From a virus: a stretch of 64,000 nucleotides of DNA. This document shows, in pieces, positions 24,679 to 33,113 of the stretch; within the stretch, counting starts at the first letter, position 1; each line of letters begins with the position of its first letter. Where the stretch lies: IMG/VR virus record IMGVR_UViG_3300045988_080644; one strand, given 5' to 3'. The notes below the pieces were generated by a model that saw only the letters and a list, made by a program, of their open reading frames with translations, was not told the origin of the DNA and did not search any database. Position numbers and translations under genes: made by a program.

Positions 24679-24888
24679 CTAGGAATTAGCCCATTTAATA
24701 AGCCAATTCCAACCTGTATATTCCTTAAACAATTCTTCGTTCATAAAGGTAGAACAAAGAATACAAAGAGCAAATGCCCCGAAACCCATAAAGAGTGTCA
24801 CAAAGAGTGACATATGGGCAATGTAATCTATACCACTCACATAAGTGATGATATAGAATACTGTAAAGTAAAAATAAAATCTTTTCAT
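24679..24888 (-). CDS. small two-pass membrane protein (69 aa); ORF closed by TAG
   Basis: Track ORF with two hydrophobic helices and stop codon TAG. The 13-mer variant lies 1 nt upstream of its ATG. Confidence 0.5.
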   Translation of the reverse strand: MKRFYFYFTVFYIITYVSGIDYIAHMSLFVTLFMGFGAFALCILCSTFMNEELFKEYTGWNWLIKWANS

Positions 24889-24889
24889 T

Positions 24890-24902
24890 TGTTAATGTGT
24901 TT
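24890..24902 (-). promoter_or_regulatory. 13-mer variant AAACACATTAACA, copy 4 of 6
   Basis: TGTTAATGTGTTT on the forward strand, 1 nt upstream of the ATG at 24888. Confidence 0.5.
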
Positions 24903-24922
24903 AATTATTTTGTTACCAGCTG

Positions 24923-25222
24923 TCAGATCGATACATTATTAGCTAATTTAAATAGAGCAATATCTACTTTAACAATAGACATCTTTCTAATTGAGAACTT
25001 CTCATTAATTACGAGAGACATCAACTTAAATATCTCTGGAGTATATTCTAATCCAGATTCTTTAATAAGCTGATTTACTGCATAATTATGAGATTTTCTA
25101 TTAGCTACTGCTATATTACGATATTTAGCAGCATTGAATTTCCAGTTCTTATGTTCTTTTTCTTTTATCTTATTCTGATATAACTGGAATACCTGAATAA
25201 GTGTTGAACTACCTGTAATCAT
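24923..25222 (-). CDS. hypothetical protein (99 aa)
   Basis: Track ORF, co-directional. Confidence 0.5.
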   Translation of the reverse strand: MITGSSTLIQVFQLYQNKIKEKEHKNWKFNAAKYRNIAVANRKSHNYAVNQLIKESGLEYTPEIFKLMSLVINEKFSIRKMSIVKVDIALFKLANNVSI

Positions 25223-25431
25223 TTTCTGTTAAGTGTGTAATTGGGATAGAGCTGATAACCCACTACCTTAATTAGTATTTTATTGCATAATACTACTAGT
25301 TGCCACATTGGGTGATACTGCAACCATATTTATTTTACAACTCTATCCCTTATTGTTATTTAAATTGTTATTAAAGGGAGCAGTTTAAACTCATGCTCAG
25401 GAGCTCGTCTTAAAACTATGTGCGAATATTG

Positions 25432-25620
25432 TTACTTAACTAAAACATTATAATTATAAAATACTGAATCCATTTCGTCCAACTGATTAGCCTGTATAGA
25501 TATAACTTTTTTCAGCTGTTTGTTGGCTGTGTGACAATTAACTAAATTAATTGACAATACAACTACTGCACTTACTAATACTAACATAATAAGTGCTGTT
25601 ACTTTATTTATCTTATTCAT
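25432..25620 (-). CDS. small membrane-anchored protein (62 aa)
   Basis: Track ORF with an N-terminal TM helix. The 13-mer lies 8 nt upstream of its ATG. Confidence 0.45.
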   Translation of the reverse strand: MNKINKVTALIMLVLVSAVVVLSINLVNCHTANKQLKKVISIQANQLDEMDSVFYNYNVLVK

Positions 25621-25628
25621 AATTTTGT

Positions 25629-25641
25629 TGTTAATGTGTTA
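25629..25641 (-). promoter_or_regulatory. 13-mer TAACACATTAACA, copy 5 of 6
   Basis: Exact TGTTAATGTGTTA, 8 nt upstream of the ATG at 25620. Confidence 0.6.
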
Positions 25642-25702
25642 AAATATTATACTTATGTTATTTATTCATAGATAGCTAATAACGTACAACTGTTACTAGC
25701 TA

Positions 25703-25747
25703 TTTCGTCCAGTCTCATCAGTATGAATTTTATAGTCTCCTGGCTGA
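25703..25747 (-). promoter_or_regulatory. conserved ~46-nt upstream element, copy 1
   Basis: TTTCGTCCAGTCTCATCAGTATGAATTTTATAGTCTCCTGGCTGA aligns at roughly three quarters identity with 26700-26746. Both copies sit about 85-90 nt upstream of a start codon, and a non-conserved hairpin lies between element and ATG. Confidence 0.5.
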
Positions 25748-26275
25748 CTTATAAATTACCTGTCTTTCCAGGTTGTCAGTTGTCTCTCCAACAGTCTAAT
25801 ACACAAGACGCGCTGCTTGTGCTCAGCTATGTAAGACGTACCGCTCACACTCGGCTAATTAAACAATTTCTCTTACTCCTTGTTTAAGGGAAGCCTCTCT
25901 TTTAGCACCGAGGTTATCGCTTTAAAAATGTAGAGTCCTTCAACACTTACTATCCCCTCTACTAACTGTCTTTACGCTTTCTTACTTCTAAAGTCTTTTT
26001 AATACTTTAGTTCTACCAGTAATACTTTCAATGTGTTACGACGCGCTAAATACCTCCTGCACAAACCTATAAAGGATAAACACCCGTTCTACTATTTAGC
26101 TATATACTAGGATGATTTTTCAACTTAATTTAAAACATATTAGATAGGAACAGGTTTTACACAATACCCTGTATTACTTTCCGACTGTAGTACGGCAACC
26201 TATAGCTAGATATATCCTAGCCAGATTTTTTAGATTAAACACAGCAGTTTATACACTTACTCAGGTGTTTTTAAT

Positions 26276-26611
26276 TTATCGATGAATATCAATATCCATA
26301 TCAGATCCAGGAACTCTTAAACTTATTACATAGTTAATGTAATTAGTCGCTACTATGATAGCTACTTTATTTGGAGTATCCACGATATCTAAGTATCCTG
26401 GATATGGATAATTTTCTCTAGAATAATTAGCAATATTGTTGATAACATTTGCTAAATGTTTCTTAATATTCTCTTTTGGGAGTCTATTGGATATTTGTGT
26501 AATAACACAGTTCATCCATAGATCATTTGTTAGAAGAGCTTTCTTTGCTTCTTCAAATATGTCTACTGTGTTAATTACAGTAGTAATAAAGTTTTTTAAA
26601 TTCTTTTCCAT
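26276..26611 (-). CDS. hypothetical protein (111 aa)
   Basis: Track ORF. The 13-mer lies 2 nt upstream of its ATG. Confidence 0.5.
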   Translation of the reverse strand: MEKNLKNFITTVINTVDIFEEAKKALLTNDLWMNCVITQISNRLPKENIKKHLANVINNIANYSRENYPYPGYLDIVDTPNKVAIIVATNYINYVISLRVPGSDMDIDIHR

Positions 26612-26613
26612 AT

Positions 26614-26626
26614 TGTTAATGTGTTA
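26614..26626 (-). promoter_or_regulatory. 13-mer TAACACATTAACA, copy 6 of 6
   Basis: Exact TGTTAATGTGTTA, 2 nt upstream of the ATG at 26611. Confidence 0.6.
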
Positions 26627-26699
26627 TTTTTACTTATTTTAGTTCATGGACACAGAGTCATTACTAATACTATCCAGTGATTAATAATTTTCCTCTGTG

Positions 26700-26746
26700 T
26701 TTCGTCTAGGTCTCGTCAACATGAATGTTATACTCTCCCTAGCTGA
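26700..26746 (-). promoter_or_regulatory. conserved ~46-nt upstream element, copy 2
   Basis: TTTCGTCTAGGTCTCGTCAACATGAATGTTATACTCTCCCTAGCTGA, paired with 25703-25747. Confidence 0.5.
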
Positions 26747-26961
26747 GTTTTATTTTTGCATAAGCCATTATTAGTTAACCTATACACTAAAAGGTTTTTA
26801 ATTCTGATTTAATTATGACTATAGTTTATATTTTAGTGAAACATTAAAGTGCGAGTTACTTATGCACCCAATGTTTGAAAATTGACTTGTAATGTGAAAG
26901 TAGTAAAAACCACTCTCCCACAACAGCGCCACCTTGCAGCCGTCTCGATTGTGTTATCCGC

Positions 26962-27195
26962 TTATGTTTTGCATAAATAACACTGTCTGACTGAATATCG
27001 GCGTTCTCCGTTTCTAAGTACTTCTAATAGTTCTAATTGCCACCAACAATCACAAGCTGGATACTTGGTGATGTCTTCTCGAACTTTATAATACTTATAC
27101 TCAGAGACTAATAACCTTGAAGCCTTTTTATGAGCTTTTACAGTTATTAGTTTCCGAGATAGAGGATTAAGATGGCGACCTTTGTAGATTACCAT
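26962..27195 (-). CDS. hypothetical protein (77 aa), Cys-containing
   Basis: Track ORF with CDCW...CYLC cysteine pairs. Confidence 0.45.
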   Translation of the reverse strand: MVIYKGRHLNPLSRKLITVKAHKKASRLLVSEYKYYKVREDITKYPACDCWWQLELLEVLRNGERRYSVRQCYLCKT

Positions 27196-27205
27196 CTTAG
27201 CTTAC

Positions 27206-27772
27206 TTATGCTACCAGGTCATACTTGAACAAAGCCTTATCAATGAGCTTTGATGTGTCTTGTACACCATCCTTGAAACCAGTAGTCTTGTACATAACCT
27301 TTGAACTTACCTTGACTCTTTTGCCAGCCAAAAGTTCAACACCCTTCTGAGTATCACTCTTAATGATGTTACCGTTAGCATCGAGATCAGACTGACCCCT
27401 TACCTTCAAGAACTCAGTAACAGCTGTACCTTCTGGATAGAGTACATCTGATGTACGATATGGTTTACCTGCACTATCCTCAGCCCATACAAACAATGGA
27501 TTCTGGAAAGTTGTCGGGAACCAATTAATTGAACGCTTAGTTCCATCAGGTGCTTCCACTTCGATGACCATGAACTCATAGTCATTACCGTTGAATGTTC
27601 TGCTACCGATGCGGTCTTTCATCTCCTCCAAAGTTGGGAAGATCAAGATATCGCCCTCATTGAGAGCAGCACCGCCGTCAAATACAGGTTTCATACCTGA
27701 TGTGAACACTGTTAAACCCATCTTAATTGCACCATCTGCCTTATTGGCATTGATTCTTTCAATAACTGTCAT
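27206..27772 (-). CDS. hypothetical protein (188 aa), GC-rich
   Basis: Track ORF with clearly higher GC and non-AT-biased codons. No motif recognised. Confidence 0.6.
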   Translation of the reverse strand: MTVIERINANKADGAIKMGLTVFTSGMKPVFDGGAALNEGDILIFPTLEEMKDRIGSRTFNGNDYEFMVIEVEAPDGTKRSINWFPTTFQNPLFVWAEDSAGKPYRTSDVLYPEGTAVTEFLKVRGQSDLDANGNIIKSDTQKGVELLAGKRVKVSSKVMYKTTGFKDGVQDTSKLIDKALFKYDLVA

Positions 27773-27980
27773 TTTTAATTCTCCTATTGTTTAATTATGT
27801 AGTCTCTTACTATACATTAAGTATGCAAGATTTGCTACCACAACACTTATACTTGTTGCTAAGTTACAATAGGTGCTTATACACGGCTATTTTCTACCTA
27901 TTTATGGCTATTTTTATGAGAGGAGAAAATAGAGGGAAGAGTTGGGGGAGAAGTTAGAGAAGATTTTAAGAAGAAAAGCT

Positions 27981-28029
27981 AATTAAAAAATAAGGGCTAA
28001 CCCAAGGAAGTTATTTCCCTAGGTTAGCC
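27981..28029 (-). terminator. rho-independent terminator after gene 28034..28219
   Basis: Stem GGCTAACC/GGTTAGCC (27995-28002 / 28022-28029), followed on the reverse strand by UUAUUUUUUAAUU. Confidence 0.6.
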
Positions 28030-28033
28030 TTTC

Positions 28034-28219
28034 TTATTTTAGTAATCTCGGAAGAGTTTCATTAACAAAATCAATATAGAAACTTTTTACCTTTTGAAAA
28101 TTCTCTTCACTCATCTCATTAACTGTGCACCAGTAGTTATTAGCTCGGCTTTCAGTTATGCAGTTGCTAGTCTCATCATAGATGATTTCTAACAATTTTA
28201 AAATGTTTTCCTTTTTCAT
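28034..28219 (-). CDS. hypothetical protein (61 aa)
   Basis: Track ORF immediately followed by a terminator. Confidence 0.45.
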   Translation of the reverse strand: MKKENILKLLEIIYDETSNCITESRANNYWCTVNEMSEENFQKVKSFYIDFVNETLPRLLK

Positions 28220-28616
28220 AATTCTTTGTATTTAAAGGAGAGCAAGCTAATGCTCTCCCGATTTATTATATAAAGCCTCTACAAATGTATCTATGTATTC
28301 GTAGAGATAGTCCTCTTTCTCTTCTTCTGTCATATTTATATAAGAAAGTAACTCCAACACCAATTTAATGATGTTAGGGTTATTTTTTCAGTTAGTATAT
28401 CTCTTTGAACTCTGAATATCGGTGGTGCCATCCCTCCATATATGGATAGATAGTCTTTACTCTATTTTTGAACTCTTCAAGGGACTCACCATTGCGGGAA
28501 AGCATAGCGTGACTGTTGTTATTATATTTCCAAAGATAAACAATGTAAGTAATCATATTGAACACAATTCCACCACACTAGAGCTGAATTGAGAACGGCT
28601 TTAAAATGTTATTTTA

Positions 28617-29138
28617 TTAATCAACTAAGTCTGTATCTGGTAGGACTTGTAAGCCAAGTATGCCAAGAGCTTCAGTACCTTCTTGTTCATATCGGTTATT
28701 AGCATCCATTCCTCCAAGATAACCACGAGTATAAGCTAGAATAGCAGCTGTACTAGTCTTGAACTTTGCAGCCTTTAATCTCTTAAAGTACTTCCAACCT
28801 AGCATAATGGCATAGCTAGACTGAAAATTGAGGGTATGCTGAGAGCGTCCTATTTCACGAATAAACTCGGAAGCGTCTTCTCCGTCCACATAATAGTACC
28901 ACTTGTACCAAGCATCATAGATGTCTTTAGGAAGTTCGTACTTTGGTTCCCAGCCCTCGATGTCCTTTTTGACCTCGGTAATCAACTTAAACTTCCAATA
29001 GTCTTGAAGATTATCCTCATTCTTTTCCCAAGCGTACTTGGTGACTTGTTGAGAAGTCAACATCTTATCCTCAGCACAAAGTGCTAACTCAATGAAATCC
29101 TCGGAATAATTAGAAACTGTAAAATGTAATGTAATCAT
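28617..29138 (-). CDS. hypothetical protein (173 aa)
   Basis: Track ORF, GC-richer. The antisense 28836..29087 ORF is rejected. Confidence 0.55.
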   Translation of the reverse strand: MITLHFTVSNYSEDFIELALCAEDKMLTSQQVTKYAWEKNEDNLQDYWKFKLITEVKKDIEGWEPKYELPKDIYDAWYKWYYYVDGEDASEFIREIGRSQHTLNFQSSYAIMLGWKYFKRLKAAKFKTSTAAILAYTRGYLGGMDANNRYEQEGTEALGILGLQVLPDTDLVD

Positions 29139-29213
29139 GATTTTAATGTTAAAGAGTTAAAAATTTAATGAAAGAAAGAGGGAAATCCAAGTGGAAATCC
29201 CTCTTTGATAGAA

Positions 29214-29723
29214 CTACTTCTTAATGATGCCAAGCAGAGACTTTGTGTAAAGTCTTTCCTCGTATTTGCACATATAGTCCAGTTTGGTGAACTTATAGTC
29301 TGCAACATTGTTGAAGTGGTTAGCTACTCCCTCCATCCAGTCTTTCACTGTAGTATCAGCTGAGGCTGTGGAACGTGAGAATGTGTGTAGTTCGTCATTA
29401 GGTGTGACGAACGCAACAAATTCACCCTTCGCATCGAAGGTAGCAATATCATCAGTGAGTAAGTCCCACTGCAACATTGCAAACTCCAAGTGTTCCTTAC
29501 CATTGAAGTAAGGAACGAGACCACAATAGCAGTTTTCAGAGAAAGACTTGTCACGCTTCATATAGCGCAAATCATTATGGAAGACCAATTTGAAGTCATC
29601 AGGCATCTTGTCAGGATAAGCGGTGACAACGTTAGTAATTGCCATCGCATTGCGTAAGCTCATATTGCTTGAACCATTTGCAACCTGAACATTAGAGTCA
29701 TTGTTTACGATTACTGTAGCCAT
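29214..29723 (-). CDS. hypothetical protein (169 aa); ORF closed by TAG
   Basis: Track ORF with stop codon TAG (cta at 29214-29216). It is the first gene of the reverse-strand block next to the divergent control region. Confidence 0.55.
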   Translation of the reverse strand: MATVIVNNDSNVQVANGSSNMSLRNAMAITNVVTAYPDKMPDDFKLVFHNDLRYMKRDKSFSENCYCGLVPYFNGKEHLEFAMLQWDLLTDDIATFDAKGEFVAFVTPNDELHTFSRSTASADTTVKDWMEGVANHFNNVADYKFTKLDYMCKYEERLYTKSLLGIIKK

Positions 29724-30177
29724 ATTAAATCGGAATTAGGCGCAACATTACGCCGACCACTCTTTCGGAGTAGACGAGACTATCTCATTTTCTTGGAAAT
29801 GGGCAAAATCATTCAGTAGTTTAAGGTCAGACTGAATGCGTGACCGACGATGAGGTGCTCGGACAGCTGCCCCAGACGAGCTTGACGTGCTCGGATTCGA
29901 TATAATTATTTATATCTATGTTTTAATAGTTGCTAATAACTGGCTATTTTAATATTTATTTTCCCTACTCGATGCCCAGGGGGGCTAAAACGAGTAGTGA
30001 GCCCATGCTACGATCACTATGTGAATTTTTCATAAGTAATACTTATCCTCATCTTTGCTTTAGTATAAAATACTGATATTATGTTAGAATTAGCATTTTT
30101 GATAATTTTAACTTTGACCCTCCGATATTTTTGAGTATCTATCGTATAGATAAGTGATAACACTAAATTGAACAAAT

Positions 30178-31026
30178 ATGAAAAGAAATTTAAATGTATT
30201 ATTAGCAGTTATAAATGCATACGAAGAAAACGGAGAATTTTCTCATTTTAGTGGGGCAGAATTAAATCATAAATTTGGATTTGCTACTAAAAATATTCCG
30301 CAGATGTTAAAAGATTTAGTAGATCTAAAATATATAGAAAATCACACAATAAATGGATTTTATAATAGATATAAAATATTAAAACATATAGATTGTCCAG
30401 AATTTATATTAGATAATAGACTTTCTAATTCTCAAAAAGACTTCTTATTAAGATGTATAGAACAAAATATAACAGAAGATCTTTCTAAGAAAGAAATGGC
30501 TAGAAGAGTAAATGGAAATGAAAATGGATGGAATTTTTCACGTTCAGTAGATGGAATCCTGGAGATATTAGGAGAAGATAGTTTATTTGATATAATCAGT
30601 GAATTTAATATAGTAAAAGAATTAAAACCAGAAAATGCAATCAAAACAGAATTTGGATATAAAACAAATAAAAATATTAAGAGATTAGACTCTAGTGAAA
30701 AAACTCAAGATAATATAATAGCTCAATTTCTATTAAAGAAATCTTCTCAGTGTAGGAGAAGAAGAAATAAAGTATTGGAGTATAACTTAACATTAGAATA
30801 TATAAAAGAACTTTTGTTAAAACAAGAGTATAAAGACTATTATACTGGGCAAGTGCCAGAAAACTATGAAGACTATTCCATAGATAGAATAGATAGCAAT
30901 TTAGGATATATAGAAGGAAATATTGTAATTACAACTAATAGAGTAAACACTATGAAAAATGATATGTCTACAGAAGAATTTAAAAAACTAATTTCTGACA
31001 TATATAAAAATATTTCTAATTTCTAA
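30178..31026 (+). CDS. HNH-type endonuclease-like protein
   Basis: 282-aa ORF. The C-terminal SIDRIDSNLGYIEGNIVITTNRVNTMKND matches the HNH (D..d...gY...N......N..K) pattern of phage homing-endonuclease-like genes. Confidence 0.5.
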   Translation: MKRNLNVLLAVINAYEENGEFSHFSGAELNHKFGFATKNIPQMLKDLVDLKYIENHTINGFYNRYKILKHIDCPEFILDNRLSNSQKDFLLRCIEQNITEDLSKKEMARRVNGNENGWNFSRSVDGILEILGEDSLFDIISEFNIVKELKPENAIKTEFGYKTNKNIKRLDSSEKTQDNIIAQFLLKKSSQCRRRRNKVLEYNLTLEYIKELLLKQEYKDYYTGQVPENYEDYSIDRIDSNLGYIEGNIVITTNRVNTMKNDMSTEEFKKLISDIYKNISNF

Positions 31027-31273
31027 AGTCAGGATTTATAACAACCCAGGGGCTGTTTATATAAAGTACCCGTACCAGTTTTACTGTCGTTCAAATGCAT
31101 TTATCAATTAGTAATTAAGGGATTAAAACAATGATTTTTGACAATAATTTGGGTATAAAGCTCTTATTGTTACATTTTAAATTATTTTAACTTTTATATT
31201 TTCAACAATTAATCTATTGTAGAATGTGATTAAAAAAGAACTAAATTAAAACAATTTTAAAATATTAATTAAT

Positions 31274-31672
31274 ATGGTTGAAAACTTGTTAGAAGGAATA
31301 ATGACAAATGAAGAATTTCAAGAGCTTATGAAAGCTTCTGAAAATAACAAAGATTATAAATTTAATAAAAATGGTTTAGATATTTCAATGAATAGTTCAG
31401 ATAATGGTTTTGAACTCAGTGTTAAATACACTAATCCAGTACAATCTGAAGTAGAGAAGTTTACAGATTTCTTAAATAGTTTGGATGATGAATTGTTTGT
31501 AGACATTTGTGAACAGATTGGTAATGATGGTTTACAAAAGATTCAGAATTGTTTAGACTCAGAAAATATTGAATCTGTCCGATCTGCAGTTTCTTATTTT
31601 AAAGCACATGCACGAAAATTCATTGCAGATAAAACTAACTATTTGAATGAGCAATTAGTCAAATTTAACTAA
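31274..31672 (+). CDS. hypothetical acidic protein (132 aa)
   Basis: Track ORF, followed by the stem-loop GCTAGTT/AACTAGC (31692-31710). Confidence 0.5.
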   Translation: MVENLLEGIMTNEEFQELMKASENNKDYKFNKNGLDISMNSSDNGFELSVKYTNPVQSEVEKFTDFLNSLDDELFVDICEQIGNDGLQKIQNCLDSENIESVRSAVSYFKAHARKFIADKTNYLNEQLVKFN

Positions 31673-31716
31673 TAACTTAAATACACATTTGGCTAGTTTT
31701 GATAACTAGCTAATAT

Positions 31717-31788
31717 TCTCTTATGGTGTAATGGTCAGCACAGAAGACTCTAAATCTTTTAGTCAGGGTTCGAATCCTTGTGAGAGAA
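31717..31788 (+). tRNA. amber suppressor tRNA, anticodon CTA (reads TAG; probably charged with Gln)
   Basis: 72-nt cloverleaf with acceptor TCTCTTA/TGAGAGA (U1-A72), D region GTGTAATGGTCAGCAC, anticodon arm GAAGA-CTCTAAA-TCTTT (CTA at 31750-31752) and T arm CAGGG-TTCGAAT-CCTTG. Its D region resembles the phage's own tRNA-Gln(TTG). Confidence 0.85.
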
Positions 31789-31878
31789 GAATAGCAATAG
31801 TAGAAACCTCCACGTGGTGCTATTCGGGTAATGCTAATTCTACTTTAAAAAATGATTTAATTATAAAAGATATGTATT

Positions 31879-32190
31879 ATGATTATTGCAATTTATAGAC
31901 TAAATGACAAGCTTTTAAAAACAACTAATTTAGAAAAGAAACTTAAAAAGTTGAAAAAGTCTAAATTAGATAGTAAAATACAAATTCTTTTCCAAGAGGA
32001 TTATGAGGGGGATTTAAAAGAGGCTGAGAATTATTTAGATTACATAATTAAAAAGAACTATGTAATAGATGACAATGTAGATGATACTAGTAATGTGGTT
32101 TTACATCATTATGTCAATAGACAAACTGGTTATACACACACTAGTATATATGATAATGAAATTTTAGAAGGATATGAACAAATCGACTGA
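31879..32190 (+). CDS. hypothetical protein (103 aa)
   Basis: Track ORF, co-directional. Confidence 0.45.
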   Translation: MIIAIYRLNDKLLKTTNLEKKLKKLKKSKLDSKIQILFQEDYEGDLKEAENYLDYIIKKNYVIDDNVDDTSNVVLHHYVNRQTGYTHTSIYDNEILEGYEQID

Positions 32191-32374
32191 TGTTTTTAAC
32201 AGACTAATTAAACCTAAAAATAATATAATGGCTAACTATCTAAGTCGTAAAGCTACAATGTTAGCTGGTAATTGTGCAACTTTAAATCAAAATACTTTAG
32301 TTACACAATTTAAAGATAATCAATGGTACTTAGATTATTTAGATGAATTAAATACATATAGTACTCAGTATTAA
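32174..32374 (+). CDS. hypothetical protein (66 aa)
   Basis: Track ORF overlapping the previous gene by 17 nt. Confidence 0.4.
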   Translation: MNKSTDVFNRLIKPKNNIMANYLSRKATMLAGNCATLNQNTLVTQFKDNQWYLDYLDELNTYSTQY

Positions 32375-32396
32375 ATTGTAACTAATTAAATAATAA

Positions 32397-32708
32397 ATGA
32401 TTGATTATAAAGCAACTATTAAAAATATACACTCAGCATTGTCTGATTTAAATATAGATGAATTATTAATTATACTTGATTGTATTAAAGAGATTCCTAA
32501 TTATAATAACTCAGTACATATTAATAGTGGAGGTTACACATATCCTAGTATGGATAATGTTTTGTTAAATTCAAAATTGAAATCTCCTTCTGTTTCAGAT
32601 ACATTATATTCTCTGCAATTAGATACAGACCATACTACATGTAATTCAGTAAATTGTACTAATGTAGCTAAAAAACGTAAAGACAATGAAACCAATTCTT
32701 CAATTTGA
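32397..32708 (+). CDS. hypothetical protein (103 aa)
   Basis: Track ORF, co-directional. Confidence 0.45.
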   Translation: MIDYKATIKNIHSALSDLNIDELLIILDCIKEIPNYNNSVHINSGGYTYPSMDNVLLNSKLKSPSVSDTLYSLQLDTDHTTCNSVNCTNVAKKRKDNETNSSI

Positions 32709-32782
32709 ATTATAAAATATTTAAGGCGACCTAGCAATTAAGCTAAGCCGCCTTTTATTGTATCTATTAATTACTATAATAG

Positions 32783-32992
32783 TTATTTTCTCCATATACT
32801 AGTTATACTATCTATACCTAGTAATCCCATACAACAATATAAAACTGTATCTATCATATCAGGAGCTTGTTTAGTTACAATACTACAATATATAAGTACT
32901 ATTAAACTAACTACCCATCCTAATATGCCACACACTCTTTTACTACTTATTCCAGTATGTGCTGTTATTAATTTAATTAAAAACTATTTCAT
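32783..32992 (-). CDS. small two-helix membrane protein (holin-like?), TAG-recoded
   Basis: Absent from the track. Hand-verified 69 codons, MK(TAG)FLIKL...ILGWVVSLIVLIYCSIV...VLYCCMGLLGI...WRK, ending in TAA with one in-frame TAG at codon 3. Confidence 0.5.
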
Positions 32993-33113
32993 AATTCTAT
33001 ATTGTCATTTAATTGGGTGCATTTAATTAAATATTTATCCCATAACTATTTATCTCTCTCATTTACAAAATTTAGAAATTCTTGTAATTCATTCAATTGT
33101 ATATTTATATCTC

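Noticed and set aside
25703-25747. Hammerhead ribozyme suggested by reverse-strand CUGAUGAG...CGAAA
   Set aside because: The segment between CUGAUGA and GAAA (GACUGGAC) cannot form stem II. The paralogous copy at 26700-26746 changes essential core bases (UUGACGAG). No stem I or III partners were found.
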